From assembly GCA_016187485.1 (NCBI GenBank), contig JACPJO010000005.1:155519-219518 (forward strand): 64,000 bases of DNA, written 5' to 3'. The translations under genes were made by a program, and so were the position numbers. Numbering within the stretch: position 1 is the stretch's first letter; every line of letters starts with the position of its first letter. The stretch comes from Candidatus Uhrbacteria bacterium. Lineage in GTDB: Bacteria; Patescibacteriota; Patescibacteriia; UBA9934; UBA10169. Positions 1 to 9,326 of the stretch are shown here, one piece after another. A model generated the notes under the pieces. It was not told the origin of the DNA and made no database searches. It was given only the letters and a program-made list of their open reading frames with translations.

Positions 1-49
1 ACCACAATAGGTTGTGTTTTGTCTCAAGCCGGTTATCCACAGCCGGATT

Positions 50-637
50 CTAAAATCCCATGGTCAAGTTAAGTGCAGGCGTTCCAGCCCTCTCGAAGCT
101 AAACTGTACCGGAATCCCTTTGCGAACGCCGGTCCTATCAACAAAAGCAAGGGCTCCGTGGCGCAAACCATACTCGTATATTCCCTTCGTAACACGAACA
201 TCTTGCAGGCAGTATGATTTGATTTCGTCTACCTTCCCATCTTTCCACCACTCCACCGCTTGTCCGCCGTATCCAGACTTCCCCTCCCCGATGGTGGCCA
301 TCGCCACATCCTGTAATTTCAGCCGATACCCAAGCGCATGCTCGATCTCCGCGAGCATATCAAGCGTGGGAAACTTCCGGAAGTCCCCCGTATAGTAGTT
401 ATTCATAACAAGGTAGTCGAAGCCAATGGTGTTGTAGCCGATCAACCGATCGGCGCGCTCAAGACGCGGCCAGAGTTCAGCAAACTCCCGCTCCTCGAAT
501 GCACGGTATTCATCCGTATCGTAAAAGTAACACCCAATCACCGAGATTTTCAGCTGGGAATGGTCGTTTGACCCTATATCCGTAAACCAGTTTTGTGTCT
601 CTATGTCGAGAACAACCTCGCGACCAGTGGGTGACAT
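50..637 (-). CDS. DEDD-type 3'-5' exonuclease (RNase H-like fold, DnaQ/PolB-exo-like)
   Basis: ORF 50..751 trimmed to internal ATG (MSPTGREV). Motifs VVLDIETQ (Exo I), GYNTIGFDYLV (Exo II), YCLQDVRVT (Exo III). Confidence 0.55.
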   Translation of the reverse strand: MSPTGREVVLDIETQNWFTDIGSNDHSQLKISVIGCYFYDTDEYRAFEEREFAELWPRLERADRLIGYNTIGFDYLVMNNYYTGDFRKFPTLDMLAEIEHALGYRLKLQDVAMATIGEGKSGYGGQAVEWWKDGKVDEIKSYCLQDVRVTKGIYEYGLRHGALAFVDRTGVRKGIPVQFSFERAGTPALNLTMGF

Positions 638-662
638 ACATCTTGGGTGTTTTAAGCAGTTC

Positions 663-1139
663 CTATTCGAACCAACGTGTATAAATCGTTTCCGCGACGA
701 TATATGCCTCGTGTTTTTCATCCGGGCAGTGGCAGAGCAAGCGCTTCGCAATGGCCCGGTCCACGCTGAAACGCCCGGCGCCGGAAATCAGGAACATGCC
801 CGCGACGGCAAACAGGAGAAGTTCAAAGGACAAGCCGATCTCTTCAAACCCAAGCGGAAGCCGCTCAATGGTGATGGATACAATCATCTCAATGACCAGA
901 AGGAAGCCAGCAAGACGGGTAAGAAATCCGGGAATCATCAGCACTCCGCCAACGAATTCGATAACGGCAAATCCAAGAACGATGCCGTAAGCCGTTTCGC
1001 TTGGGAGGTCAGCCAGAAACGTTCCCGAGGCTTGGCGCACGGCGATAAGCCGGCTTGCTCCATGAACCAATAGAAGGGACCCAAAAACGATGCGCAACGG
1101 GATAAACCCCCAAACGGGACGGGTTTTAAAGAGCGTCAT
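663..1139 (-). CDS. DoxX-family membrane protein
   Basis: Four hydrophobic segments; DoxX-like RIVFGSLLLVHGASRL motif. Start trimmed to MTLFKTRPVWG. Confidence 0.5.
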   Translation of the reverse strand: MTLFKTRPVWGFIPLRIVFGSLLLVHGASRLIAVRQASGTFLADLPSETAYGIVLGFAVIEFVGGVLMIPGFLTRLAGFLLVIEMIVSITIERLPLGFEEIGLSFELLLFAVAGMFLISGAGRFSVDRAIAKRLLCHCPDEKHEAYIVAETIYTRWFE

Positions 1140-1183
1140 AAGAACATGAAGCCGACGCTCAGAAATCACCATAGCGCGAGCGA

Positions 1184-2275
1184 TTATACCAAAGCGACAT
1201 GGCCACGGCCAGCGTCCACTTCCAATTTATCCCCATCGTGAACATGCTCCAAAAGCCCCCGTATCCCCACGACCGCCGGAAGCCCAAGTTCGCGGCAAAC
1301 AATAGCCGCGTGCGATAGGATTCCTCCCTTTTCCGTCAAGACCGCAGATGCTTTTTGCATAAGTGGCAGGAATCGTACATCTGTGTTTTGCGTCACAAGG
1401 ATGTCCCCCTCCTCCATGCGTGTTTGCTCGATGGCCTCTGGCGCAATAACCCTCGCCCGCCCGACAATATGGCCCGCAGATCCGCATTGACCAGAAAGCG
1501 TGCCGAGCGTCTCCTCGACAACAGGAGCAACAGGCACAAGCATTTCGTGTAAAAGACGATTGTAATCAATAAATATGAGCCGGCCGGGCCAAAGAAGTGT
1601 CTCAAAATACCCAAGCATGTGCCCGGAAGGAGAAAACTCCGCAGAAAGTTCCCTTCGGAGCGACTCCTGTATCTCTCGGTCATCCACAAGAAGGCTTGCC
1701 AATATATTTTTGACATGAGTTTCTACGTTCGCATCTCGCGAACTCCAACGATATGTCCCCTCAGGACTCACCTGAAACGTCCATGAACCGCCGGTGACAT
1801 CTCCTTGTGTGAGCTGATGGTGAAGGCCTGTCACCACATGACCGAAAATTCCATCGTTGCGTACAACAAAAATTGTAGAATATTCCGCCACGTCATTGTG
1901 TTCCACCACCTCCACATTATAAAGTGCGGGGTCGATTTTTTGCTCATAGAGCCAGGAAAGCGAGGCCTCAAGCGTGCGGCCGCGCGTGCGAAGTTTTGGA
2001 AGGGCGGGGTCTTTCGGCACAAGCCGGAGAGCACACAAATCCTTCGCGTGCTCTTTAAAAAATGTCTCCGTAGCTGGCGCACGGGAAAAAACCTCCACCG
2101 CCGAAAACGTCCAGACGTGATCGTAATCAAGACCAATAATGCGTGAAAGGGCGGCGAGCCGATCGCGCTTCTTCACATCTTCTTCCTGCATGTCCGTCTT
2201 AGAGGGGTGGTGAAATTGGCCAAACCACTCGGTAAGCGACGGTTGAAACGAGGAGACCACGGAATTCTCTGCCAT
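1184..2275 (-). CDS. PEP-utilizing-enzyme mobile (phosphohistidine) domain protein
   Basis: C-terminal GGILSHAAIVCRELGLPAVVG swivel-domain signature; N-terminal 280 aa unassigned. Confidence 0.6.
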   Translation of the reverse strand: MAENSVVSSFQPSLTEWFGQFHHPSKTDMQEEDVKKRDRLAALSRIIGLDYDHVWTFSAVEVFSRAPATETFFKEHAKDLCALRLVPKDPALPKLRTRGRTLEASLSWLYEQKIDPALYNVEVVEHNDVAEYSTIFVVRNDGIFGHVVTGLHHQLTQGDVTGGSWTFQVSPEGTYRWSSRDANVETHVKNILASLLVDDREIQESLRRELSAEFSPSGHMLGYFETLLWPGRLIFIDYNRLLHEMLVPVAPVVEETLGTLSGQCGSAGHIVGRARVIAPEAIEQTRMEEGDILVTQNTDVRFLPLMQKASAVLTEKGGILSHAAIVCRELGLPAVVGIRGLLEHVHDGDKLEVDAGRGHVALV

Positions 2276-2290
2276 AGTTCCCTAAGAGTA

Positions 2291-3328
2291 TCACGTCCAC
2301 GAGACGTGAACCATGTGCTCCACAAACGTGACTTCAAGGTGTTTTTTCCGCCTTGTTTCAACGTCTTCCACGCTGGGAGTTGATGCAGGATCGTGGATAA
2401 GAGCTGAGAGCTCCACTGGGCGCAAGTGCCACAGGAGATGCTCGGGAAACTTTGTGCGTTTGGCAATTTCTTTGCCGATGCTTTCTTGAAATTCCTCAAG
2501 CTCCACCCAAAGCTCGCGCCCGCGCAAACGCCAGGTAGCAGACTCCTGAAGTGCCCGGATGGCGTCCCGATCAACGGCCTGAAGACCCGTGTTGTCCATG
2601 AATCCCTCCACACGGCGCGAAACACCAACTCTCCCGCGTGTTTCTCGCAGGGAAACATCTTTCGGCTCTCCCTCAAGCTGAGCAGCACGCGCCATAAAAT
2701 CTTTAAATGCAAAAGGGCGCCCCAAAGGAGAAAGCCGCCCAAGCGCGCCATACTCCTTCAAATAGCGAGAGATTTTTGAACGCGACGCACGATCAAGCGA
2801 GTGTGTACGCGCAAACGCTGCCATGTCCAAAAACGCTCGTCGCTCGCGCATAACTGCCGTCTCCTGTTTTGGATACGCAAAAAGGGCAAGCCATTGGGCG
2901 TGGTCCGTCGGGGAGACACCTACATGCGTGAGCATGCTCCGGACACGCTCTTCGGTAATATGGAAAAGTAATTCCCCAACGCATACCGGCACGGCAAGCG
3001 CTCCATATATATCGCAGAGTTCGTGGACCAGAATCTCCGTAGAACCGACGGTCTGCGCACTTTTAATGCGCTTGGCCACGCGCGCTTGGGTGTGTTTGAG
3101 GTACTGCATAATCCAAGCCGGCGCCTGGGCCGCCAAACGATACCGCAGAAGACTCGCCCAGTGCTCCGTAACAAACCACGCCTCGTCTCTATATTGCACA
3201 AGGGCGGGAGCAGGAGCCAAACCGCTCGCGCGCGCAAAAGACCCGGGATCCACCAGCGCCGTACCAAAACACTCCACACCATAAAGCGGGAGCGTGCGTT
3301 CGTAGAGTTTTTCCGGGCGCTCAATCAT
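2291..3328 (-). CDS. hypothetical protein; immediately upstream, possibly co-functional with the PEP-utilizing-domain protein
   Basis: 345-aa ORF with coding-like composition and a 15-bp gap to the downstream gene. No recognisable motif. Confidence 0.4.
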   Translation of the reverse strand: MIERPEKLYERTLPLYGVECFGTALVDPGSFARASGLAPAPALVQYRDEAWFVTEHWASLLRYRLAAQAPAWIMQYLKHTQARVAKRIKSAQTVGSTEILVHELCDIYGALAVPVCVGELLFHITEERVRSMLTHVGVSPTDHAQWLALFAYPKQETAVMRERRAFLDMAAFARTHSLDRASRSKISRYLKEYGALGRLSPLGRPFAFKDFMARAAQLEGEPKDVSLRETRGRVGVSRRVEGFMDNTGLQAVDRDAIRALQESATWRLRGRELWVELEEFQESIGKEIAKRTKFPEHLLWHLRPVELSALIHDPASTPSVEDVETRRKKHLEVTFVEHMVHVSWT

Positions 3329-3350
3329 GGTCCTCCTTTTTGCATCGTGT

Positions 3351-3851
3351 TTATTCCGGACAAGCTCCGGAGCGAATTCCCACTTCGGGTATCAAGCAGT
3401 TCGGCCCTTCAGAAATGTTTGCCTCGGCAAACCCATGTTCGAGTTCAAACCCTACACGGTAGCTGGCTCCCCCTTCCTTTGCCGTGTAGCAATATCCCGC
3501 CGCGGGCGGCACGCCACAACGAACAGCCGAGGAAATGCCTGCGGTGTACTCCCGAGAAACACGTGAAAGAAACACGCGAGAAGCCCCTTGGCACGAGGCA
3601 GAAAAACCGGCGGAGGAAAGGCATGCGCTCTTCCCCTCCTCCCCAAGCCACAGGCCCTCCCCGGTAGGATACTGGTTGAATTCCTTATAGTAATCCTCAA
3701 GTGCACTTTGAAGCTGGCGCATGTCGGAGAGGCGGCGCGCATCACGCATCTTACTTCGCGCGGCGCTCACCCCAAGCGCGGATGCGGCACCGAGGATGGC
3801 AATGATAGACACGACGATCAGCACCTCAAGTAACGTGAATCCGCGTTTCAT
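3351..3851 (-). CDS. prepilin-type N-terminal cleavage/methylation domain protein (type IV pilin/pseudopilin-like)
   Basis: N-terminus MKRGFTLLEVLIVVSIIAILG is the classical class III signal peptide with the G-F-T-L-L-E motif. Confidence 0.7.
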   Translation of the reverse strand: MKRGFTLLEVLIVVSIIAILGAASALGVSAARSKMRDARRLSDMRQLQSALEDYYKEFNQYPTGEGLWLGEEGKSACLSSAGFSASCQGASRVFLSRVSREYTAGISSAVRCGVPPAAGYCYTAKEGGASYRVGFELEHGFAEANISEGPNCLIPEVGIRSGACPE

Positions 3852-3865
3852 ATAGATAAAGTGTA

Positions 3866-4258
3866 TCACGCAAGACGTCCGCCAACAATTTTTTTCACCT
3901 TGCGGACCGTCTCGATGGGAACAAAGTGTCCTTTCAAGAGATACTCCGTGGCACCGGCGGAAAACGCGCGCCCAATAACCGTTCGATCCGCAAGATCGGT
4001 AAGAACAATGATAGGCACGGCAAAACTTTTTGGTTCCTCACGAACTTCACGGATGAAAGCAAGACCGGCATCACGATCTTGCGCGAGCTCAAGCAGAATC
4101 GCGCGCGGCGTTTTCCGCCGCAGAATTTTGCGCGCAACAGCAAGTGACTCGGCCACCTCTACCCCCAACCGCTCTTGCGCAAACTTGCTGGCGTAGATGC
4201 CGGCAAAAAAGGGGTCAGGCTCGATCATGAGAATGCTTTTTGTCCGCACACTATTCAT
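3866..4258 (-). CDS. single-domain response regulator (CheY-like receiver)
   Basis: 130 aa. ILMIEPDP...ILLEL...VPIIVLT pattern with conserved Asp/Thr/Lys positions. Confidence 0.65.
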   Translation of the reverse strand: MNSVRTKSILMIEPDPFFAGIYASKFAQERLGVEVAESLAVARKILRRKTPRAILLELAQDRDAGLAFIREVREEPKSFAVPIIVLTDLADRTVIGRAFSAGATEYLLKGHFVPIETVRKVKKIVGGRLA

Positions 4259-5378
4259 TCTCCCGCATGGCTAGCCCTACGGCGATAGCGAGCGACGGCC
4301 CTACGGTTTCGAGCAAAAGACGAACATCTTCTGGCACCGCCACGCGCGCCCACGGATCGCCCACATACGCATTCACGCCAAGCGCGTCAACAAAAAATCT
4401 CGCGATTCCTGGCAAATGTGCCGAACCGCCTGTAAGGATCAGCTTCTCCACGCGTTTGCTGTCGGAAAATTCCTGGCGCTTGTACTGCTCAAACACGTAC
4501 CGTACTTCGTTCACCAACTCCCCAAAAACTTGCTTCACCAGGTCAGGAACCGTAGGGGCCAGCGGGCTCATGGCCAAGTCAAATTTCATTTGTGCAGCCT
4601 CACTCTCGGAAACACTGAGCATTTTGGCAAGCGCCCCGGTAAATGCGTTCCCGCCTATCTGCACGCTGCGCGTGAAAAACGGAATGCCTTTTTCTACAAC
4701 CGTGAGATTCGTGCGCACAGCCCCCATGTCTACAAGAAGCACGGTTGAACGGTCTTTTCCGATGAGGGAGCGGATGAGGCCAAACGATTCAAGGTCGAGC
4801 GCCGTGAGTTCCAGCTTGGCAGCGCGAAAAATTTCCACATAGCGCGAGACAAGAGATTTCGGAGCAGCACTCAGCAGCACACGCACGTTTTTCTGTTCCT
4901 CTGGCTTGCTTGTCGCCAGCTCCTGATTGCCCGTCTCCTCAACCTTTTTAACTTTTCCCACCTCTTTCTTCAACACGCTTTCCTTTTTGACCGGGTCAAT
5001 AAACGTCCACGACAGAACCATCTCCTCAAGAGGAAGCGGGACGAGCTTGCGCGCTTGCACTTCTAAAATAGGCTTGGCGGCTTCTTGGGTCTTTGGAGAA
5101 GGTATGGCAATGACTGCCGTAAAAACCTGCGAGAGCGGCAGGGCCGCAACGGCACGGCGTCCCATAGCGCCAGATGCACCCCACACGTCCGCAAGCAACT
5201 TCCCCGCTGCCGCGGGGTCCTCAAGAAGCGGCACCGCATTTGCGTCGCGCTCCGTGTACCCATACGTCAAAAGCCGCGCGCGCCCTCCCTCGTTGGAAAG
5301 TTCAACCAATTTCACGCCAGAAGCCCCCACGTCCACACCAAGTAAAGAGGCGATTTTTTTCTTTCCAAATCCAAACAT
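4251..5378 (-). CDS. pilM: type IV pilus assembly protein PilM (actin-like ATPase fold)
   Basis: N-terminal LLGVDVGASGVKLVEL and C-terminal KLILTGGSAHLPGIARFF motifs typical of PilM; about 370 aa. Confidence 0.8.
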   Translation of the reverse strand: MFGFGKKKIASLLGVDVGASGVKLVELSNEGGRARLLTYGYTERDANAVPLLEDPAAAGKLLADVWGASGAMGRRAVAALPLSQVFTAVIAIPSPKTQEAAKPILEVQARKLVPLPLEEMVLSWTFIDPVKKESVLKKEVGKVKKVEETGNQELATSKPEEQKNVRVLLSAAPKSLVSRYVEIFRAAKLELTALDLESFGLIRSLIGKDRSTVLLVDMGAVRTNLTVVEKGIPFFTRSVQIGGNAFTGALAKMLSVSESEAAQMKFDLAMSPLAPTVPDLVKQVFGELVNEVRYVFEQYKRQEFSDSKRVEKLILTGGSAHLPGIARFFVDALGVNAYVGDPWARVAVPEDVRLLLETVGPSLAIAVGLAMRENE

Positions 5379-5410
5379 AATAGGAAAAGTATAACACAAA
5401 ATGCCCGGGC

Positions 5411-5830
5411 TTATGTGTGCGCATCAAGCACCTTGTTCACAAGAGCGTCTGCCTCCTTGTTCATGTGCCGACGGACATGTTTGAATCGTACGCGCGTAAA
5501 TTGCCCGCGCAAACGGTAGATTTCCATAAACCGTTTAGCAATTTCCGCATCCTTCACACGGTATTCCCCGTTCAACTGACGGCTCGCCAATTCGGAGTCC
5601 ATAAACACTTCGACATGCTTGGCACCAAGTTCCGCCGCTTTTTTCAATCCCAAAACGATTGCCGTGTATTCGGCCTGATTGTTCGTTGTCGTGCCAAGAT
5701 AGGCGCTCGCGGTGGCAATCACCTCCCCCTCAGAACCATCCTTGAGGGACTTAAGTACGGCAGCCGACGCCGATGGTCCGGGGTTCCCTCGCGATCCCCC
5801 GTCCGTATAAATGCGGACGTCCATAATCAT
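5411..5830 (-). CDS. rnhA: ribonuclease HI
   Basis: IYTDGGSRGNPGP...NNQAEYTA...DSEL...NKEADAL catalytic D-E-D-D framework. ATGA overlap with the recJ stop. Confidence 0.75.
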   Translation of the reverse strand: MIMDVRIYTDGGSRGNPGPSASAAVLKSLKDGSEGEVIATASAYLGTTTNNQAEYTAIVLGLKKAAELGAKHVEVFMDSELASRQLNGEYRVKDAEIAKRFMEIYRLRGQFTRVRFKHVRRHMNKEADALVNKVLDAHT

Positions 5831-7464
5831 GCATGTCGCCAATCAATAAGAGAACACTGTACATCCTTCCGACCATTCCATTCATTCCATCCCACCTCGC
5901 AAACTGCGTCTATGGTACTCCCAAGCGCCATCTCCTCCAAGAGGTATCCGAACCCAAACGCGATGCATGTTTGCCGGTGTCCCGCATCGTCAGAGAGTAT
6001 GAGCCGCGCGTGTTTCCCGCCCTGTCCCACGGGAAAAAGTCCCGCGATCTTCACGCGGGAGAGGAGAAATAGTGGGCGTGGATTCCCCTCCCCATGCGGC
6101 TCAAGCTTTAGAAAATCTTCCACAAGGCCAGGGGAGAGATCCGCAAGAGCAAGCGATGTGTCAATAAAAATCTCCGGCTCTAAAATGACACCGTTAAATG
6201 TTTTGCGCGCATGTTCATGAAGCGTCGAACGCACCGTGTGAAAATGATCCTCTCCCTCTACGGTAAATCCGCACGCCTGCGGATGGCCACCGTATTTTAC
6301 AAAATGCGGCTCCGCGGCATGCATGGCGGCAACCAAGTCGTATCCGCGCACCGATCGGCCGGAACCGACAAACCGCTCACCGTGCTTGCCCGCCACCATG
6401 ACAGGCCGGCCAAGTTCCGTCTGGAGTTTTCCTGCGACAAGCCCCACGAGTCCCAAGTGCCACCCCTCCCCCCACACAAAAATGAGAGACTCGTCATCTT
6501 GCTTTCTGGCTTGTTCAAGCGCTACGGCATAGAGCGCGTCGCTCTCTTTCTGGCGAGTTTTATTGCAGGCATCAAGTTCCACCGCAAGCGCAGCGGAAAG
6601 CATATCGTCTTCCTCCACCAATACGCGGTGGGAAAGTTCCGCGTGCTTCATTCTTCCCGCCGCATTCAACCGTGGACCAACACGAAATCCAATGTGTGTC
6701 GTAGTAAGACGCTCATGAAGAGAGCCGGAGAGTTTCAAGAGGTGCCGAAGTCCTGTACGCCGCGTCTTCTCAAGTACACGAAGTCCAAAATATTCGAGCG
6801 CGCGATTCTCGCCCACAAGCGGCATCACATCCGTCACCGTAGCGATCGCCACAAGATCGAGCAACCACTTTTCGCTTCCCTCCCTTACCGGTAGCCCACG
6901 TCGCCGTGCTTCATCGTAGAGCGCAAACGCGAGTTTGCTCGCTACCCCTGTGCCGCAGAGTTTTTTGTTGGGATACGTTTCTCCAGGTACAAGTGGGTGA
7001 AGCAGAACGGCATCGGGCACATCACGCGCGAGTGCATGGTGATCGCACACAATCACCTCTCCGCCCCCCTCTCGAAAAAGAGCAATGGGCTCACGATTCG
7101 CAATGCCACAATCCACAGTGATAAGAAGAGTGGCCCCTTCAGCGAGAAATTGGCGGACATTTTTTTCATTCACACCATACCCATCGCGCTCACGCTCCGG
7201 CAGAAAAACCTTCACGTGCGCGTGTGATGACAATAACCGAACGACCACCATGATCGCCTCATAAAGCAGCGAGGCGCCACACACCCCATCTGCGTCATAG
7301 TCACCGTGGATGACGATATGACGGTCCTCCTCGAGCGCACGGAAAACATGGGCCACCGCCTCAGGCATCTGCAAAAATAGAGACGGCGAATACACATCAC
7401 GCTCATACGACGGTTCTACAAACGACGCAGCCTCCAGGGCTGTGCGTATCCCACGATTCCACAA
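5827..7464 (-). CDS. recJ: single-stranded-DNA-specific exonuclease RecJ (DHH family)
   Basis: IHGDYDADG, VDCG, CDHH motifs and a DHHA1-like C-terminus. The ORF begins with a TTG at 7464; the first ATG is at 7368. Confidence 0.85.
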   Translation of the reverse strand: MWNRGIRTALEAASFVEPSYERDVYSPSLFLQMPEAVAHVFRALEEDRHIVIHGDYDADGVCGASLLYEAIMVVVRLLSSHAHVKVFLPERERDGYGVNEKNVRQFLAEGATLLITVDCGIANREPIALFREGGGEVIVCDHHALARDVPDAVLLHPLVPGETYPNKKLCGTGVASKLAFALYDEARRRGLPVREGSEKWLLDLVAIATVTDVMPLVGENRALEYFGLRVLEKTRRTGLRHLLKLSGSLHERLTTTHIGFRVGPRLNAAGRMKHAELSHRVLVEEDDMLSAALAVELDACNKTRQKESDALYAVALEQARKQDDESLIFVWGEGWHLGLVGLVAGKLQTELGRPVMVAGKHGERFVGSGRSVRGYDLVAAMHAAEPHFVKYGGHPQACGFTVEGEDHFHTVRSTLHEHARKTFNGVILEPEIFIDTSLALADLSPGLVEDFLKLEPHGEGNPRPLFLLSRVKIAGLFPVGQGGKHARLILSDDAGHRQTCIAFGFGYLLEEMALGSTIDAVCEVGWNEWNGRKDVQCSLIDWRHA

Positions 7465-7666
7465 GAGCTGATGACACCCTCAGTAAAGCCAAGTGCTTCC
7501 CTCTCTTCCTTCCCTATTTCGTCGGCGATGGTCCAATGTTTTTGATGTGATTTTCTTTGCATGTGAAGTACTGGGGCATGTCGCAAGGCCGGGGTCCCCA
7601 TAACCCCACAGCGAGTCGGCGAGCGAGGAGGATGGGGTGGCCGTAGCGGTTACATGCCCAAAAGCA

Positions 7667-9326
7667 TTATCGTTTGAGCACGGCAAGGTAAGCCGACGAG
7701 GGAATATCCACACTCCCGCGCCCCATCGCCATCATTTTCTTTTTCCCCTTCTTCTGTTTCTCCAAGAGTTTTCGTTTACGCGTCACGTCCCCGCCGTACA
7801 GATACCTTTTCGACAACGGATTTGCCGATGCGATACGCGTCCTTCTCGAAAACAAGAAACGCCAACGCCTCGACCGGCTCCTCGGCCACCAAAATATCCA
7901 CACGCGCAATCTCGGCCTCGCGATATTCAAGCCAGTCATAGTTGAGTGAGGCATAGCCGGATGTGATGCTTTTGAGCGTGTCGTAAAAGTCAATCACGAT
8001 GGACGCAAGCGGCATCTCGTAGTGAATGAGCGCGCGCGTCGCATCAAGATATTCTGTTGTTTTGTACACCCCACGCTTGTCCGTGCAAAGTGCCATCACT
8101 CCACCGATAAACTCTGCTGGCGTCACCACATCCACGCGCACCCACGGCTCCTCCGTTTTCATGATATGTGATTGGTCGGGCATCTCAAGGGGACCATGCA
8201 CGTCTATCACTTCCCCCTTCATGCTAAAAACACGGTAGCTCACCGATGGCACGGTCATGATGACTTCAAGTTGGCACTCGCGGCGCAAACGTTCCTGCAC
8301 AATCTCCATATGTAACATCCCTAAAAATCCACAGCGGTATCCATGTCCCAGCGCCGGCGAATATTCTGGCTCGTATGCAAGCGCGGCGTCCGACAAGGAA
8401 AGCTTCAGCATGGCTTCACGAAGCTCCTCGTATGTGTGCCCTTCGTGCGGAAAAACGCCCGCATACACCATTGGCTTCACCACTTTGTACCCGGGAAGCG
8501 CCGGTGCCGAACCGTGTTCACGCACTATTGTGTCTCCCACACGACACCCCTCAATACTTTTGAGACCCGTGGCAACGTAGCCGATCTCGCCCGCCGCAAG
8601 GGAAGCATTCGGTGCATACGCAGGTGTGAGCGCTCCCGCCTCCATGACCTCAAACGTGACGCCAGATGCCGACATGCGCAAACGCTCGTGCGGGCGCACA
8701 GCACCATCCACGACACGCACGTACGCCACGACACCTTTGTAGTCGTCATACTTGGAATCAAAGATGAGAGCACGAAGTCCTCCTGCTGTTTGGCTTGCGG
8801 GAGGTGGAATGCGCGCAATGACTTCATCGAGAAGTTTCGCCACGCCTTCCCCGGTTTTCCCCGACACCAGCAAAATATCTTCCTCCCTGCAGCCAAGAAG
8901 TTTCACCAACTCCGCGCGGCGGCGAGGCACGTCCGCAGCGGGCAAGTCAATTTTATTGAGAACGGGAACAATGGTGAGATTTTGTTCCATTGCCAAATAG
9001 AGGTTTGCGATGGTTTGCGCTTGCACGCCTTGCGTTGCATCCACCAAGAGCACCGCGCCTTCAACAGCAGCAAGTGAGCGGGACACCTCATACGTAAAGT
9101 CCACGTGGCCAGGCGTATCAATCAAGTTGAGTTCCACGTCCTTGTAGTGCATGCGCACGGGCGTCAATTTGATGGTAATGCCCTTCTCTCGTTCCAAGTC
9201 CATCGAATCCAAAAGTTGCTCCTTCATTTTACGCTTCTCCACCGTGCCGGTAATCTCAAGCATCCGGTCCGACAGCGTGGACTTGCCGTGGTCAATGTGC
9301 GCAATAATGCAAAAGTTGCGAATCAT
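7667..9326 (-). CDS. lepA: elongation factor 4 (LepA), 3' end frameshifted/internally deleted (possible pseudogene or assembly error)
   Basis: N-terminus [12 protein letters not shown] (GTPase G1) and the rest of LepA lie in frame 7776..9326. The conserved C-terminus [22 protein letters not shown] continues in another frame (7667..7810). About 37 aa between ...GKSVVEK and CYGGD are missing. Confidence 0.75.

Noticed and set aside
7465-7666. About 200-bp ORF-free gap between recJ and the lepA 3' end, examined for a tRNA or other ncRNA
   Set aside because: No cloverleaf-compatible acceptor and T-arm pairing or GTTC(G/A)A T-loop was seen by eye. It may simply hold the recJ promoter. A covariance-model scan would be needed to decide.
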